DNA of 64,000 nucleotides. Source: Octopus bimaculoides. Its lineage: Eukaryota. The translations under genes and the position numbers were made by a program. Shown piece after piece: positions 41,108-53,300 of this stretch (position 1 is the stretch's first letter; each line of letters opens with the position of its first letter). The DNA lies in the NCBI RefSeq assembly GCF_001194135.2, contig NC_068987.1, positions 5,320,577 through 5,384,576 of the forward strand. The letters are read 5' to 3'. The notes under the pieces are model-generated. The model ran no database searches, was not told the origin of the DNA, and saw only the letters and a list, made by a program, of their open reading frames with translations.

Positions 41108-42028
41108 TATTGGGTGATCCCATAAATAATGCCTTTTTTTTTCAATTGCATAAACTAAAAGTGGTGGTGGGAAGGGGGATAAACTACCTGCACCAACTTG
41201 CTATAAAAGCAGGTAATAATTTTACCTCATCATTCTTAGTGCAAGTTTTGAAGAGTGCAGTTCGATTTTAACAGTTATTTTTTCAAAACTATAATGGAAG
41301 TTGCAAAGGAGCACGTTCGGTATATTTTGCTTTATGAGTTCAATAAAAGCAACAAAGCAATGAAAAGTGAAAGGAATATTAATGCAGTATTTGGTGATTG
41401 GACAATAAGCATAAGCCAGCGTCAATGGTGGATACAGAAATTTTGAGCCAGAAACTACAGCCTAGAAGACCGGAAGGTCTGTGGAGCTCAACAAGGACAT
41501 CCTGCAAACCCTGGTGGAACAAAACCCCATTGTAACTGTTGAGGAACCAGTAGTGAAGCGTGGATTTGGTCATTCAACCATACATTGACACCAGCACTAG
41601 AAAAAAATGACAATCTTTGGTTTCAAGTCGAAAGGTGTTCTTCCATCAGGATAATGCTTAGCCACATACAGCAAGGATGAAATTCCAAAGGCTGGAGCAG
41701 TTTGAATGGGAAACGATGCCCCACCCACCATATTCGCCAGACATTGCTCCATCTGATTATCCTTTATTCTGCAGTTTTCAAAATCATGTGGACAGTAAAA
41801 ATATGAATTCTGTAGATGAGGTCAGAACAGTACTGGAGGAGTATTTTTTGTCACGGACAAGTGAATTTTGGAAGAGGGGCTTTGCAAGTCTACCAGATAG
41901 AGGGAAGAGCATTGTAGAAAATGAAGGAGAGTATATTTTAGATTAAAAAAGAACTTTGTTCATCTTAATTGTGAAAAATAAAAGAGGTGTAAAAAAAAAA
42001 CCTACATTATTTATAAGATGATGCAATA
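41108..42028 (+). mobile_element. Internally deleted mariner element
   Basis: TATTGGGTGATCCC-type TIR and degenerate right TIR; ORF 41677-41946 has HPPYSPDIAPSDY. Confidence 0.85.
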
Positions 42029-42799
42029 CATACATACATGATCATATGTGTCTATTTAATGTCTGTATTGTATATGTATGTATGTACACACACATACATG
42101 TATATGTATAAATATATGTACGTATAGGTATATATGTGTCTGTTTGTATGTATGTATATATATGAGTGTATATTTGTAGATATGCATACATGTGCATATG
42201 TGTTATCATCATAATCATCATTTCATGTCCATACATGCACACTTTTGCTTGTTCATAGGTTTAGTAATTGAAAGCTCTGAATTCATGAAGGTTTAATCTA
42301 TAATACTTAATATTTCTCTTGCAAGTATAATAAACATGGATGTTTGTAGATAAATACAGGATTACCAGACGAGAATTATATTTATCAAGTTGTAAATCAT
42401 TTACAGCATTTTGTTGATTCAGTGTGGTTAGACCTGAAGAAGGTTAAGCTCCACTGTGTGTAAAAGTGACCTAGATGCTGCATGTCACAATAGTGCACCC
42501 TGCAGTGGGGGTTAAGGGCTCAAGACATGCATACATACATGCTTACATACATACATTTGTTGGGACCTCACTTGGCCCTGCCTTCCTGAGATTCGAAACC
42601 AGATCCACTCACTTGTTGCTTGTCAAGCAACCAAGAAATCCTTTGTTTGTAACTTCACACCAGATAATTAATGGGAAACATTTGACTTTCAAAGACCTTT
42701 GCTGGTAACGGAAAAGTCAGTCCTTTGTTTAGGATTGGACCTACTTTCTGGCATAGTCTATATAAGAGAGACCATTTCCTTTCTCATGTTTTTTTGTGT

Positions 42800-43230
42800 C
42801 TGTCAGCCATTCTCAAGAAGCAACAATGACTTGTGACCGAGACCTTTGGAAATATGCTGTGCGTGAGAAGACCCGGCAAGCCAAGTGAGACCATAATCCA
42901 AGGCCTCTGCCAGGGGAGTAGCCAGCCCACTTATGCATACCTTCATTGGACACTAAACTCTGCTTGCGAAGACCTGTTGAGGCAAGTGAAATCGAAATCG
43001 AACCAAATTTGACGACTGGCACCCATGCCAACTTCTCCTTCCTTAGACACTAAACTTGGTTTGTGAAGATCTGTTGGGGCAAGTGAAATCGAAATTGTAA
43101 TGGCACGAGCACCGACTAAGCGTGATCATTGCCAGAGCAGCTGTCTGGCTTCCATGCCAGTGGCACATAAATAGCACCATTTGAGCGTGATTGTTACCAG
43201 CGTCGCCTCACTGGCACTTGTATCCCATAC
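42800..43230 (+). mobile_element. RTE-like LINE 3' fragment
   Basis: DRDLWKYAVREKTRQAK* C-terminus followed by the same 3'UTR as 10100-10710. Confidence 0.6.
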
Positions 43231-44299
43231 TACTGATCTTTATGCGCAGATTCCAAAATTCCGGTGTTATAAAACCTGTTAAAAGGATTTTGCTCCTGAA
43301 AAATGGAGGTCATGGAACTGTAAAATGTGAGAGTTAAGGCCCCTATTGGGGGTAGGTGCCTTAATGTCAACCAGAGAAGTTGAATTGTTGAGGATCTTTT
43401 GAACTTGGGTCTTATATGTATTGTTCGAATTTCTTTGAAATAGGAAATATATGTATGTTCACTGGGTTTGTAAAAGAGAGCAAAGCTACAGGAAACCAAA
43501 AGATGAATGATCACAATAAGCAGTCAGCTACCCTACCCTAGTTGTTACTACTCCCCAATGTGGAATTCCTCACCATACAGGTGGCAGGCACAGCCGTAAG
43601 ATGCATTACGGATCTATAGCAATTGGAAGGGCGTGACCCAACTCAGACATTAACAACTGTGTGACGTGAGGAGTAAGGGGAAATGAAAGTGTCACCTCTG
43701 GAGTTTGCAAATGACCACTATACCGATAGGTAACTGGACAGGTTCTGCCCCCTTTAAGCCATCTCAAATTCAAACCAAACATACTGCATTATACCCGCCC
43801 TTATGCATTGAATGTAAGTTCCAAATATCATAAGGATCCATTCAGTAATTTTGGTCCATGAAATTGTATGAAACACACAGCATTACATGTACATCTATAT
43901 ATATACATCTACACATATACGTATATATCTATATATATACATCTATACATATACAGCTATACATATACATGTATNNNNNNNNNNNNNNNNNNNNNNNNNN
44001 NNNNNNNNNNNNNNNNNNNNNNNNNNNNNNNNNNNNNNNNNNNNNNNNNNNNNNNNNNNNNNNNNNNNNNNNNNAATGCTTTTTTATTCACGTTTGAAAT
44101 AGTCAGGTTTTAACCCTGTAGCTTTAAGATTTCAAATGATGTGTTTATTTTTATACAACCATATAGATTTTTTAAAAAAAGTATGGAAAACAGGTGAAAT
44201 AAATAAATAGACAAAATCATATAGAATAGACTCTCCGAAATCTGGTTGATTAGAGGAATTAATCAGAAAACGTTTACTTCACAAGAATTCATTGATTCA

Positions 44300-44350
44300 T
44301 CATTTTCCGAGTTTTCCCAGTTCATCAATGTAAGCAGCAAATAGTTTAGT
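44300..44350 (-). CDS. CNDP2: CNDP2-like A exon 14 ([16 protein letters not shown])
   Basis: TTTTGCAG acceptor; TGA stop at 44300-44302. Confidence 0.9.
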   Translation of the reverse strand, partial: TKLFAAYIDELGKLGK

Positions 44351-47300
44351 CTGCAAAAACACACAGTAAAAAAAATGAATATATATATATACACACACAC
44401 AAATATATTTACACACACACACATATATACACACACATGTATACACAGGCACACACACACATATTATTTAATAAATACAATACAGTAATGCTTCAATATT
44501 TGAGTTAATCCATTCTCGGAGTCTGCTCGTAAAGCAAAAACTCATAAAGCAGAACAATAATTTCCCATAGTAATGTTATAGATTGTAATTCATTCCTAGA
44601 AAAATATTTTACCAATAAAGTTTATAATATTCGTAAATAAATGGCAATAAAACAGTAGTAGAATGTAAAGAATATTTTATGTAAAGTAAAAAGAATGTCA
44701 AGATTATTTATAACTAGCAGAAATACCCGGCTTTGCCCGGGTTAAAGAGAATAATGAAATCTAAAAACGCCGTCTAGACTACGCAACCCTCAACTGTTAG
44801 TAGCTACGATACCATATTTCTACATTAATAACTCTCCAATCCATGCCAGCATGGAACATAGACATTAAGTGGAATGCCAGTCTCTCATCTAGGAGGGCCT
44901 TGAAATCAATGTTACCAACTGGGGACTATGTGTGCCGTAGTGATAATAAAAAGACCCAAAGGAGGTCTGCAATGAAATAATTTTACTCNNNNNNNNNNNN
45001 NNNNNNNNNNNNNNNNNNNNNNNNNNNNNNNNNNNNNNNNNNNNNNNNNNNNNNNNNNNNNNNNNNNNNNNNNNNNNNNNNNNNNNNNNNNNNNNNNNNN
45101 NNNNNNNNNNNNNNNNNNNNNNNNNNNNNNNNNNNNNNNNNNNNNNNNNNNNNNNNNNNNNNNNNNNNNNNNNNNNNNNNNNNNNNNNNNNNNNNNNNNN
45201 NNNNNNNNNNNNNNNNNNNNNNNNNNNNNNNNNNNNNNNNNNNNNNNNNNNNNNNNNNNNNNNNNNNNNNNNNNNNNNNNNNNNNNNNNNNNNNNNNNNN
45301 NNNNNNNNNNNNNNNNNNNNNNNNNNNNNNNNNNNNNNNNNNNNNNNNNNNNNNNNNNNNNNNNNNNNNNNNNNNNNNNNNNNNNNNNNNNNNNNNNNNN
45401 NNNNNNNNNNNNNNNNNNNNNNNNNNNNNNNNNNNNNNNNNNNNNNNNNNNNNNNNNNNNNNNNNNNNNNNNNNNNNNNNNNNNNNNNNNNNNNNNNNNN
45501 NNNNNNNNNNNNNNNNNNNNNNNNNNNNNNNNNNNNNNNNNNNNNNNNNNNNNNNNNNNNNNNNNNNNNNNNNNNNNNNNNNNNNNNNNNNNNNNNNNNN
45601 NNNNNNNNNNNNNNNNNNNNNNNNNNNNNNNNNNNNNNNNNNNNNNNNNNNNAATAGTTTCATTTTTAAAGTGAAAGTATTTGACATGAGTGTTTTTGTT
45701 TCACTTTTGACACGTAATACTTAAATAGTGGAGGAGATATTATGTTGCTGTGGGCTCGAACGCTGCAAGAAGTTAAAATGTTTTTTGACTAAAACACAAC
45801 TGGAACCCTAAGTAAGGCATCTGTAAAATTTGAATGAAATTGGTTGTGTAGTTCTCGAGTTTTAGGGATTCACACAGACAGACAGACAGACAGACACACA
45901 TTCTCATTTTTATATATATAGATAAAAGATATATTATTATTCTCGTATTCTGAATCACTTTCCCTCGCACTAGACTCGTGCACACCATTACTTATAGACG
46001 CGATTGCCGATTCACAAGCACTCATAGAAGGATTTGCAGATTTCTTTTTAAAAAACAAGAAGTCTAGAGTTGTTTGTTTACAAGAAGCTTTTCTTTTTTG
46101 CTCTCTATAAATTTCTCAGTAACACAGGAGCATTTCTTATGGTAGTAGAAACTTTTGCACTTCATTCAAAATTTGGATCTGGTGCTTCAAAAATAAAACT
46201 TGTAAGCCTGGGGTCTTGTAAAGCAGATCCTTGTAAAGTGAGGTATACAGTATAAATTTTACTGTATAAATTTTTAAGAGCTACCAGTAGTTTCATGCGA
46301 TGAAAACAACTCCAACAGCCATATTTTCTGTGTTAATTTAAATAACATTGGAAAGAGACAAACATGGATTGTATTAGTGAGTGACTTTATGCCAATTGTA
46401 AAAATGTAAACACACACAAAAAATACACAAATATGATTAACCTGTTAACATTTCAACAGGCCATACCTGGCCTGATTAATACCTCCACCTTACCAAAGGT
46501 GGAGGTACTGTTTTCAGTCATGTTTGTTTGTCTCTGGACAAAATATCTCAAGAACTGTTGGATTTCAGAGATGTTTGGCCTCGTGACTGGCACAAAGTGA
46601 TTAGATTTTGGGATCGATCCAGTACAGGACAAGGATTCTGGATTATTTTTCCTGTGTTTTTACTTAATTTTTGAGAGTGGTCAGGTTCATTTTTAGTATA
46701 CTCATATATGAGAGGAGTCGAGTTTATTTCAGATATTCTCATTTTAAAAATCATCTCTGGTTAATCATTGAGAGGACATTAGTGTTGCCTTGGTAGAGGT
46801 TTACGCTCTCTGAGTGCCCTTGTTCTACCTGTTTTATGCTGAAACCAGCTAGATCCGGTTTCTCGTACCTACCTTACAATGTGATTCTAAAAATAATCAC
46901 TCACATCATCAACATCTCAAAACTATGAAATAATGCATGATTAATTCAAAATAATGAATGAATAAGGATTAAGTTTGCTAGAGAAATCTGAATGTTAGAA
47001 GGTTAGACAATTAAGTCAAACAATTTGTAGAATTCTTACCCCGTCAATGAATTTACAGATGTCAAGTTTCTCATTCTGGGAATGTAGATCATCGTCACAA
47101 GCCCCCATGGGTAGTAGCACGATATTTTTGCTTGTTGCTTTCTCGAAAAAGAAGGCTAATGGAACACTACCGCCTTCACGAGTCATGTCAGGTTCAACAC
47201 CATACACTGGCAGAAAGCAAAACACACATTAGACTTTAGTCACAGAAAAATTCTCGAAGTCACTTTAATAAGCTTTCCTTTTTCTTTCACATTTTCAAAT

Positions 47301-50300
47301 ATCAATATGGTGATGATGATGATGATGTCGATGATTGCTCTGCGAGGCAGACCATTGTGTGTGTGTGTGTCATCATCATCATCATCATCATCATCATCGT
47401 TTAACATCCGCTTTCCATGCTAGCATGGGTTGGACGATTTGACTGAGGACTGGTGAAACCGGATGGCAACACCAGGCTCCAATCTGATTTGGCAGAGTTT
47501 CTACAGCTGGATGTCCTTCCTAACGCTAACCACTCAGAGAGTGTAGTGGGTGCCTTCACATGTCACCTGCACGAAGGCCAGTCAGACGGTACTGGCAGTG
47601 TGTATATATACATGCCAGTGGCACGTAATAAGCACCATTTGAGCGTGGCCGTTGCCAGGCTCGCCTGACTGGCTCCTGTGCCAGTGACATGTAAAAAGCA
47701 CCCACTACACTCTTGGAGAGGTTGACATTAGGAAGTGCATCCAGCTGCAGAAACTCTACCAGATCAGATGGGAGCCTGGTGCAGTCACTGGCTCTCCAGA
47801 CCTCGGTCAAACCATCCAACCCATGCCAGCATGGAAAGCGGACGTTAAACGATGAAAATGATGATGATGATGATACAGGGTATTGGGTCATCCCATAAAT
47901 AATGTGTTTTTTTTATACTGCATTTCAAAATTAAGACAAACGAAGTTTTTTTTTAATCTAGATACATTTAGAATTCAACTCATCCACGATGTTCTCATAT
48001 CTACGATCTGAGGAGTTTGTTTACTCTTTTACACATCTCTATGTATTAAACAATTGTATTATTCTTTTCTGCTCTAGACACAATGGCAGCAATTATGGGG
48101 GAGGGGGGCAGTCGATTACATTTACCCCAGTATGCAACTGGTACTTAATTTATCGACCTCGAGAGAATGAAAGGCAAAGTCGACCTTGGTGGAATTTGAA
48201 CTCAGCATGTAACAATAGACGAAATACCACTAAACATTCCTTCCAACATGCTAACAATTCTGCTAGTTTGCCACCCCTACTAAATACACATATTGATATA
48301 AAATGTATTGATATATAATAATTTGCAATGTTAAAATTGATAAATCTACTTATAGAAGATTACACAACCGCTGAGTCATATAGAAATCACATGACAATAA
48401 TAAACCTGTATTCACCTCCCATATCTACTGATTCTAAACCAGCACTTCTTAAACTTTTGTCATTCATGACCCCATTTTTCACCATGCGAAATTTCATGAT
48501 CTCAAGTATTAAAAATGAAATAAAACATACAAATAAATACATAAATCATTTATTTTTTTGCTGAACAAGATACATAAAAAGTAAAGTAGTTATATTATTT
48601 GTCAAAATAAAAATAGTTTTAGGATTTGTGTGTTTGTGGTATAACATACAAACTGAAATTCAAGTGTTGAATTTAATTTTCACGACCCCAGCATTTCGTT
48701 TTCCGACCCCATTTGGGGTTATGACCCATAGTTTAAGAAGCACTGATCTATACAAATATCTATGCCTCTGCTTACCTTTTTTACAAGCCTTTTTAGCAGC
48801 AGCATAATTCTCGTGTTTATAATCACTGATCCAAGGAGGGCTACCTGTTGTGGTTATCCTGTGAAGTAAAAGAAAAAACACATTCCTTATAGATGGGGAC
48901 TTACAAAACTTAAGGGTCCTTTTTTAGTTTCCTTCTTTTGGGGATTTTACTTTTATGATTTATCCTCGACTTGTAGCCACGCTGGAGCTTCAACTGGAAT
49001 GAAACTGATGCATTGGACAGGAATCAAACCCAGATCAACTGCTTGGAAGACCACAATGCTAATCATTACACCACCAATGTCTTATAAAGTATTAGTCAAG
49101 TACTGAGGTTACTGATTCGACTAAATATTCTGCAACATTTCTGTGTCTCATAAAGCAGAGATGATTCATTAAATATGTTACTCAACTTCAACTGATTCTT
49201 CACATCTAGTACTTAAATAAATAAGAAGTTGACCAAAATATAGTTTAACCATTTAGTATTTAAATCCACCATATCAGACCCAAATACTCTACCTGTTTTA
49301 ATGTTCAAACTGACCAAATCCAACCTCTTGCACCAACCCCACAACATCATTCTTAAAAATAAACAATCACACCATTAAATTATTGATGGTACAAAGTAAT
49401 GCATGATTAATAAATAAATATAATAAATGAATAAAATAAATAAGCATTACATTTGATAGAGTAATCTGAATGCTAAAAGATTAAACTACAAAGTCTCAGA
49501 TTAGATAATAATATCTTGTGCCTTTGCATCTGTAAGGGCACAAGCTTACAGGTTAAAGACTTGAAGTACGAAAAGATAAAGAAGAAGTTGTTATGATGAT
49601 GAAGTTCTCCTAATAACAAATGGGAAAAACTTACCGAAGTTTGTTGGGGGAGCCTCTTGTCTTGTAGCAATTCTCCAAATAAGATTTGGTCAATCGTTGC
49701 ACTTCATCAGGAGTCTGGTTTGGCACTATACGAATGGAGAACTTTCCAGTCACTTTTCTGGGAATAACAGTCTTTGCGCCAGGTTCACTGAAAGCCCCTT
49801 CAATACCTAAGGAAAAAAACAAAACAAAACAAGAAACAAGAGGAGGGTGTAAAGCGAATATACTTGACTGATACTTTGTTTTATCAGCCCTGAAATGATA
49901 AAAGGCAAAGATAACCTTAGTCGAATTTGAACTCAGAATCTAAAGAGCTGGAAGAAAGAGCTGCAAAGCATTTTGTCTGATACGGTAACAATTCTGCCAC
50001 CTCATTGATTTTCTTTCTAATATAGGCACAAGGCCTGAAATTTGAGTGGGGGGGTTGATTATATGAAGCCTGATACTTGACTAGTACTTTATTTTATTGA
50101 CCCAGGAGGGGAGACAGGTTAAGCTGACCTTGGCAGAATTTGAACACAAACCTCAAATGAGCTGGAAGAAATAATGCTCCGTATCTTGCCTGACACACCA
50201 AGATTCTGCTCGCTCAATGTATTTTATTCCTTTCTTCTACATTAATACCACCGTTCCTTCCTTTATTTCAGAGACATTCTTGAATAAATTAAAACATGAT

Positions 50301-53300
50301 ATGAAGTGGAAGTGATTTACCATGAAGAGAAAGACAAGGGTGTCGCCAATTATGCTGCAGAAGTTCAACCTTTGACGAATGTAGAAGTTTTTCACAGCCT
50401 ATATCTTTCCGGCAGTCTTCCTATACAAATATCAAACCAGAGAGAAACACAAATAAATGTCTACATACATATATAAAGTGGATGAGAGAGGTAAAACTTA
50501 GTTCAGCACATTAATTCTTTCATGAACTAAAATGCCATTCAGTTCTATATTTAAGAGATGAGGAATTATGTACATTATTTACATTTGATGGATGTTTGTC
50601 TTCATCTTGTTTCTTGTTAACACGTTTCGGCTGATATACCCTCCAGTCTTCATCAGGTGTCTTGGGGAAATTTCGAACCTGGGTTCTCATTCTTAAGGTA
50701 TTTTTCGATGTTGTTGTTGTTGTTATCATTATTATTATTATTATTATTATTGTTATTATTATTATTATTCAGTAGTTTTATTTTTATAACGTGCTTTCAC
50801 TTCACTACCGGGCACAGCTCTGTGTGCCTTGGGTATGTGCTGTGGTTTGCTGTGATGCTCTTATGGTTACTGTATTGAAAGTGTTTTGCGTAGGATGTGT
50901 GCAGTGCCCAGTAGTGCAATTTTCTGTATGTTATATATATTTGTAAGTCCTGGTGTTTTTGTTATGTATTTGTCTGAATATTTTTTTATTATATCTAAGG
51001 CACCTACTATGATAGGAATTGTTTCTGTTTTTAGATTCCACAACTTTCTCTCATTCTTACTTCCTATTTCTGTAATTCGAAGGGGCCAGCCTTGTCACAC
51101 TGTGTCACGCCGAATCTCCCTGAGAACTACGTTAAGGGTACACGTGTCTGTGGGGTGCTCAGCCACTTGCACGTTAATTTCACGAGCAGGCTGTTCCGTT
51201 GATCGGATCAACTGGAACCCTCGACGTCATAAGCGACGGAGTGCCAACAACAACAAGGAGAAAAAATAAACATCATGGAACTTACCAAATCAAAATCAAT
51301 ATCCTGATATAAAGAATTTTCTTCCGAAGTGAGTGGTTCCACAGAATCATAAATTCCTGGAATCAGGATATGACCTTTGACATCAACCAAAGAATTCATC
51401 AAAAATATAAGGTCGCTCATTGCTTCATGACTGAAAAAAACCCCAAACAACCCCAAAAACAATAAAAATAAAAAAGTAACTTGAAATATTACTTTTTAGG
51501 CTATTTTTGTTTAGACATGCAACTGATTTTTATGTGGAATGTCATAGCAATATATCAGCATTAAGAATTAAATTAGTGTTGCTGGCTGAAGAGGTTAGCA
51601 TGCCAGGCAAAATGCTCAACCCTTTCGTTATTGTATTTATTTTGAGATGCTCTGGGTTTCTTTCAATTAATTTTAAATATAACAAAGAATTTAGTAAAAT
51701 AACCAAAGTGACGGCACAAAGCGTTGAGGAAAGAGTGTTACATTGATGATCATAAGAACAAGGTTTCGATTCCTGGACTGAGTAGTGTGTTGTGTAATTG
51801 AGCAAAACATTTCATGTTATTCCAGTCCACTCCCCTGTAAATGAGAATGATGTCTTGCAATGGAATGGTGTCCTGTCCAGAAGGAATGTCACCATCCATT
51901 ACCATGGAAACTTGGTAACTTGGCTCTTTGAGTTCTGGGACTTGAGACAGTAATTATCAGGAAATGACAGTGATGATGATGATGAAAGTTTTAAAAAATG
52001 CCATATTATCTATGTTGGTGAAGAGATACCAAATAATAATAAAATAAACAATTGAAACACAGAAGTACTTACACAGAACCACCAAACACACCGGAATGTA
52101 AATCTTTAGACGAACATTCTACTTCAACGTAGAAGTGACAAACTCCACTGAAAGAGATTAGAAATTTTATATAATCATGTACTCAATATATGTGTATAGA
52201 GACAATTTAGATGCAGGTGTGTTCATGGCCGTTGCCAGTGTCACTTGACTGACTCCCATGCCAGTGGCACATAAAAGGTACCATTTGAGCATGGTTGATG
52301 CCAGTGCCACCTGACTGGCTCCTGTGCGGTGGCACGTAAAAAGCACCCACTACACTCTTGGAGTGGTTGGCGTTAGGAAGGGCATCCAACTGTAGAAATC
52401 TTGCCAGATCAGATTGGAGCCTGGTGCAGCCATCCAGTTCACCAGTCCTCAGTCAAACCATCCAACCCATGCTGGCATGGAAAACAGACATTAAACGATG
52501 ATGATGATGATGGTTTTCTATGACAGGATGCCCTCATTGTTGCCAACCTTCATCTGTTTCCAAACAAAGTAATATTCTATTATTAGAATATTCCTTGATT
52601 AAGAAACATCTAAAAACTTAATTTATTGAAGATCTATTGGGTGGTGCATCATTATTGCGGCTTTTTTTCAACAAAAACAATAACAACATGTAACATAAAC
52701 ATCTTTAAATGATTATTCCGGAGCATATTCACCATCTACTTCAATTACTGCTTCCCATTTGCTTGGCAGATGGTGAGAATGTCATTTAAAGATGTTTTTT
52801 GTTAAATATTGTTATTGTTTTTGTTGAATAAAATTTGTTGTAAAAAAGCTGCAATAATTATGCACCAACCCAACATTAACCCACATAAGCCCATAAAAAA
52901 TGTTCACTGTATTTAGATTAAACGTTATGGTAAGCTTTCACAATCTGGAAGAGAAGGACAGTATGCAACTGCTAGCTATGGGTGTCGACTACCTACTGAG
53001 CATTTCGTATGGTCAGTCAGATGCTTCCGGATGAGTTCAGGTCCAAACAAGTAGGAGCAGGTTTTGTGTTGTGAAAACGCAACCAGGGGTAGATATGGGC
53101 TAATGGTTTGATCTATCATTGATTTATTTCCATGTTATGAATGAAATCAATAACTGATTATAGATTGTCTACTCTATCTAATCAAAATGATTTTTAATAA
53201 TTAATTGGTGCTCCTTTGGCATGTGATCTACAAGGGATTTTGCTTTAAATGAATTTTTAGTTTACTTTTCAATTTCTAAAACCCCGTTAGGTGTTGGCTA

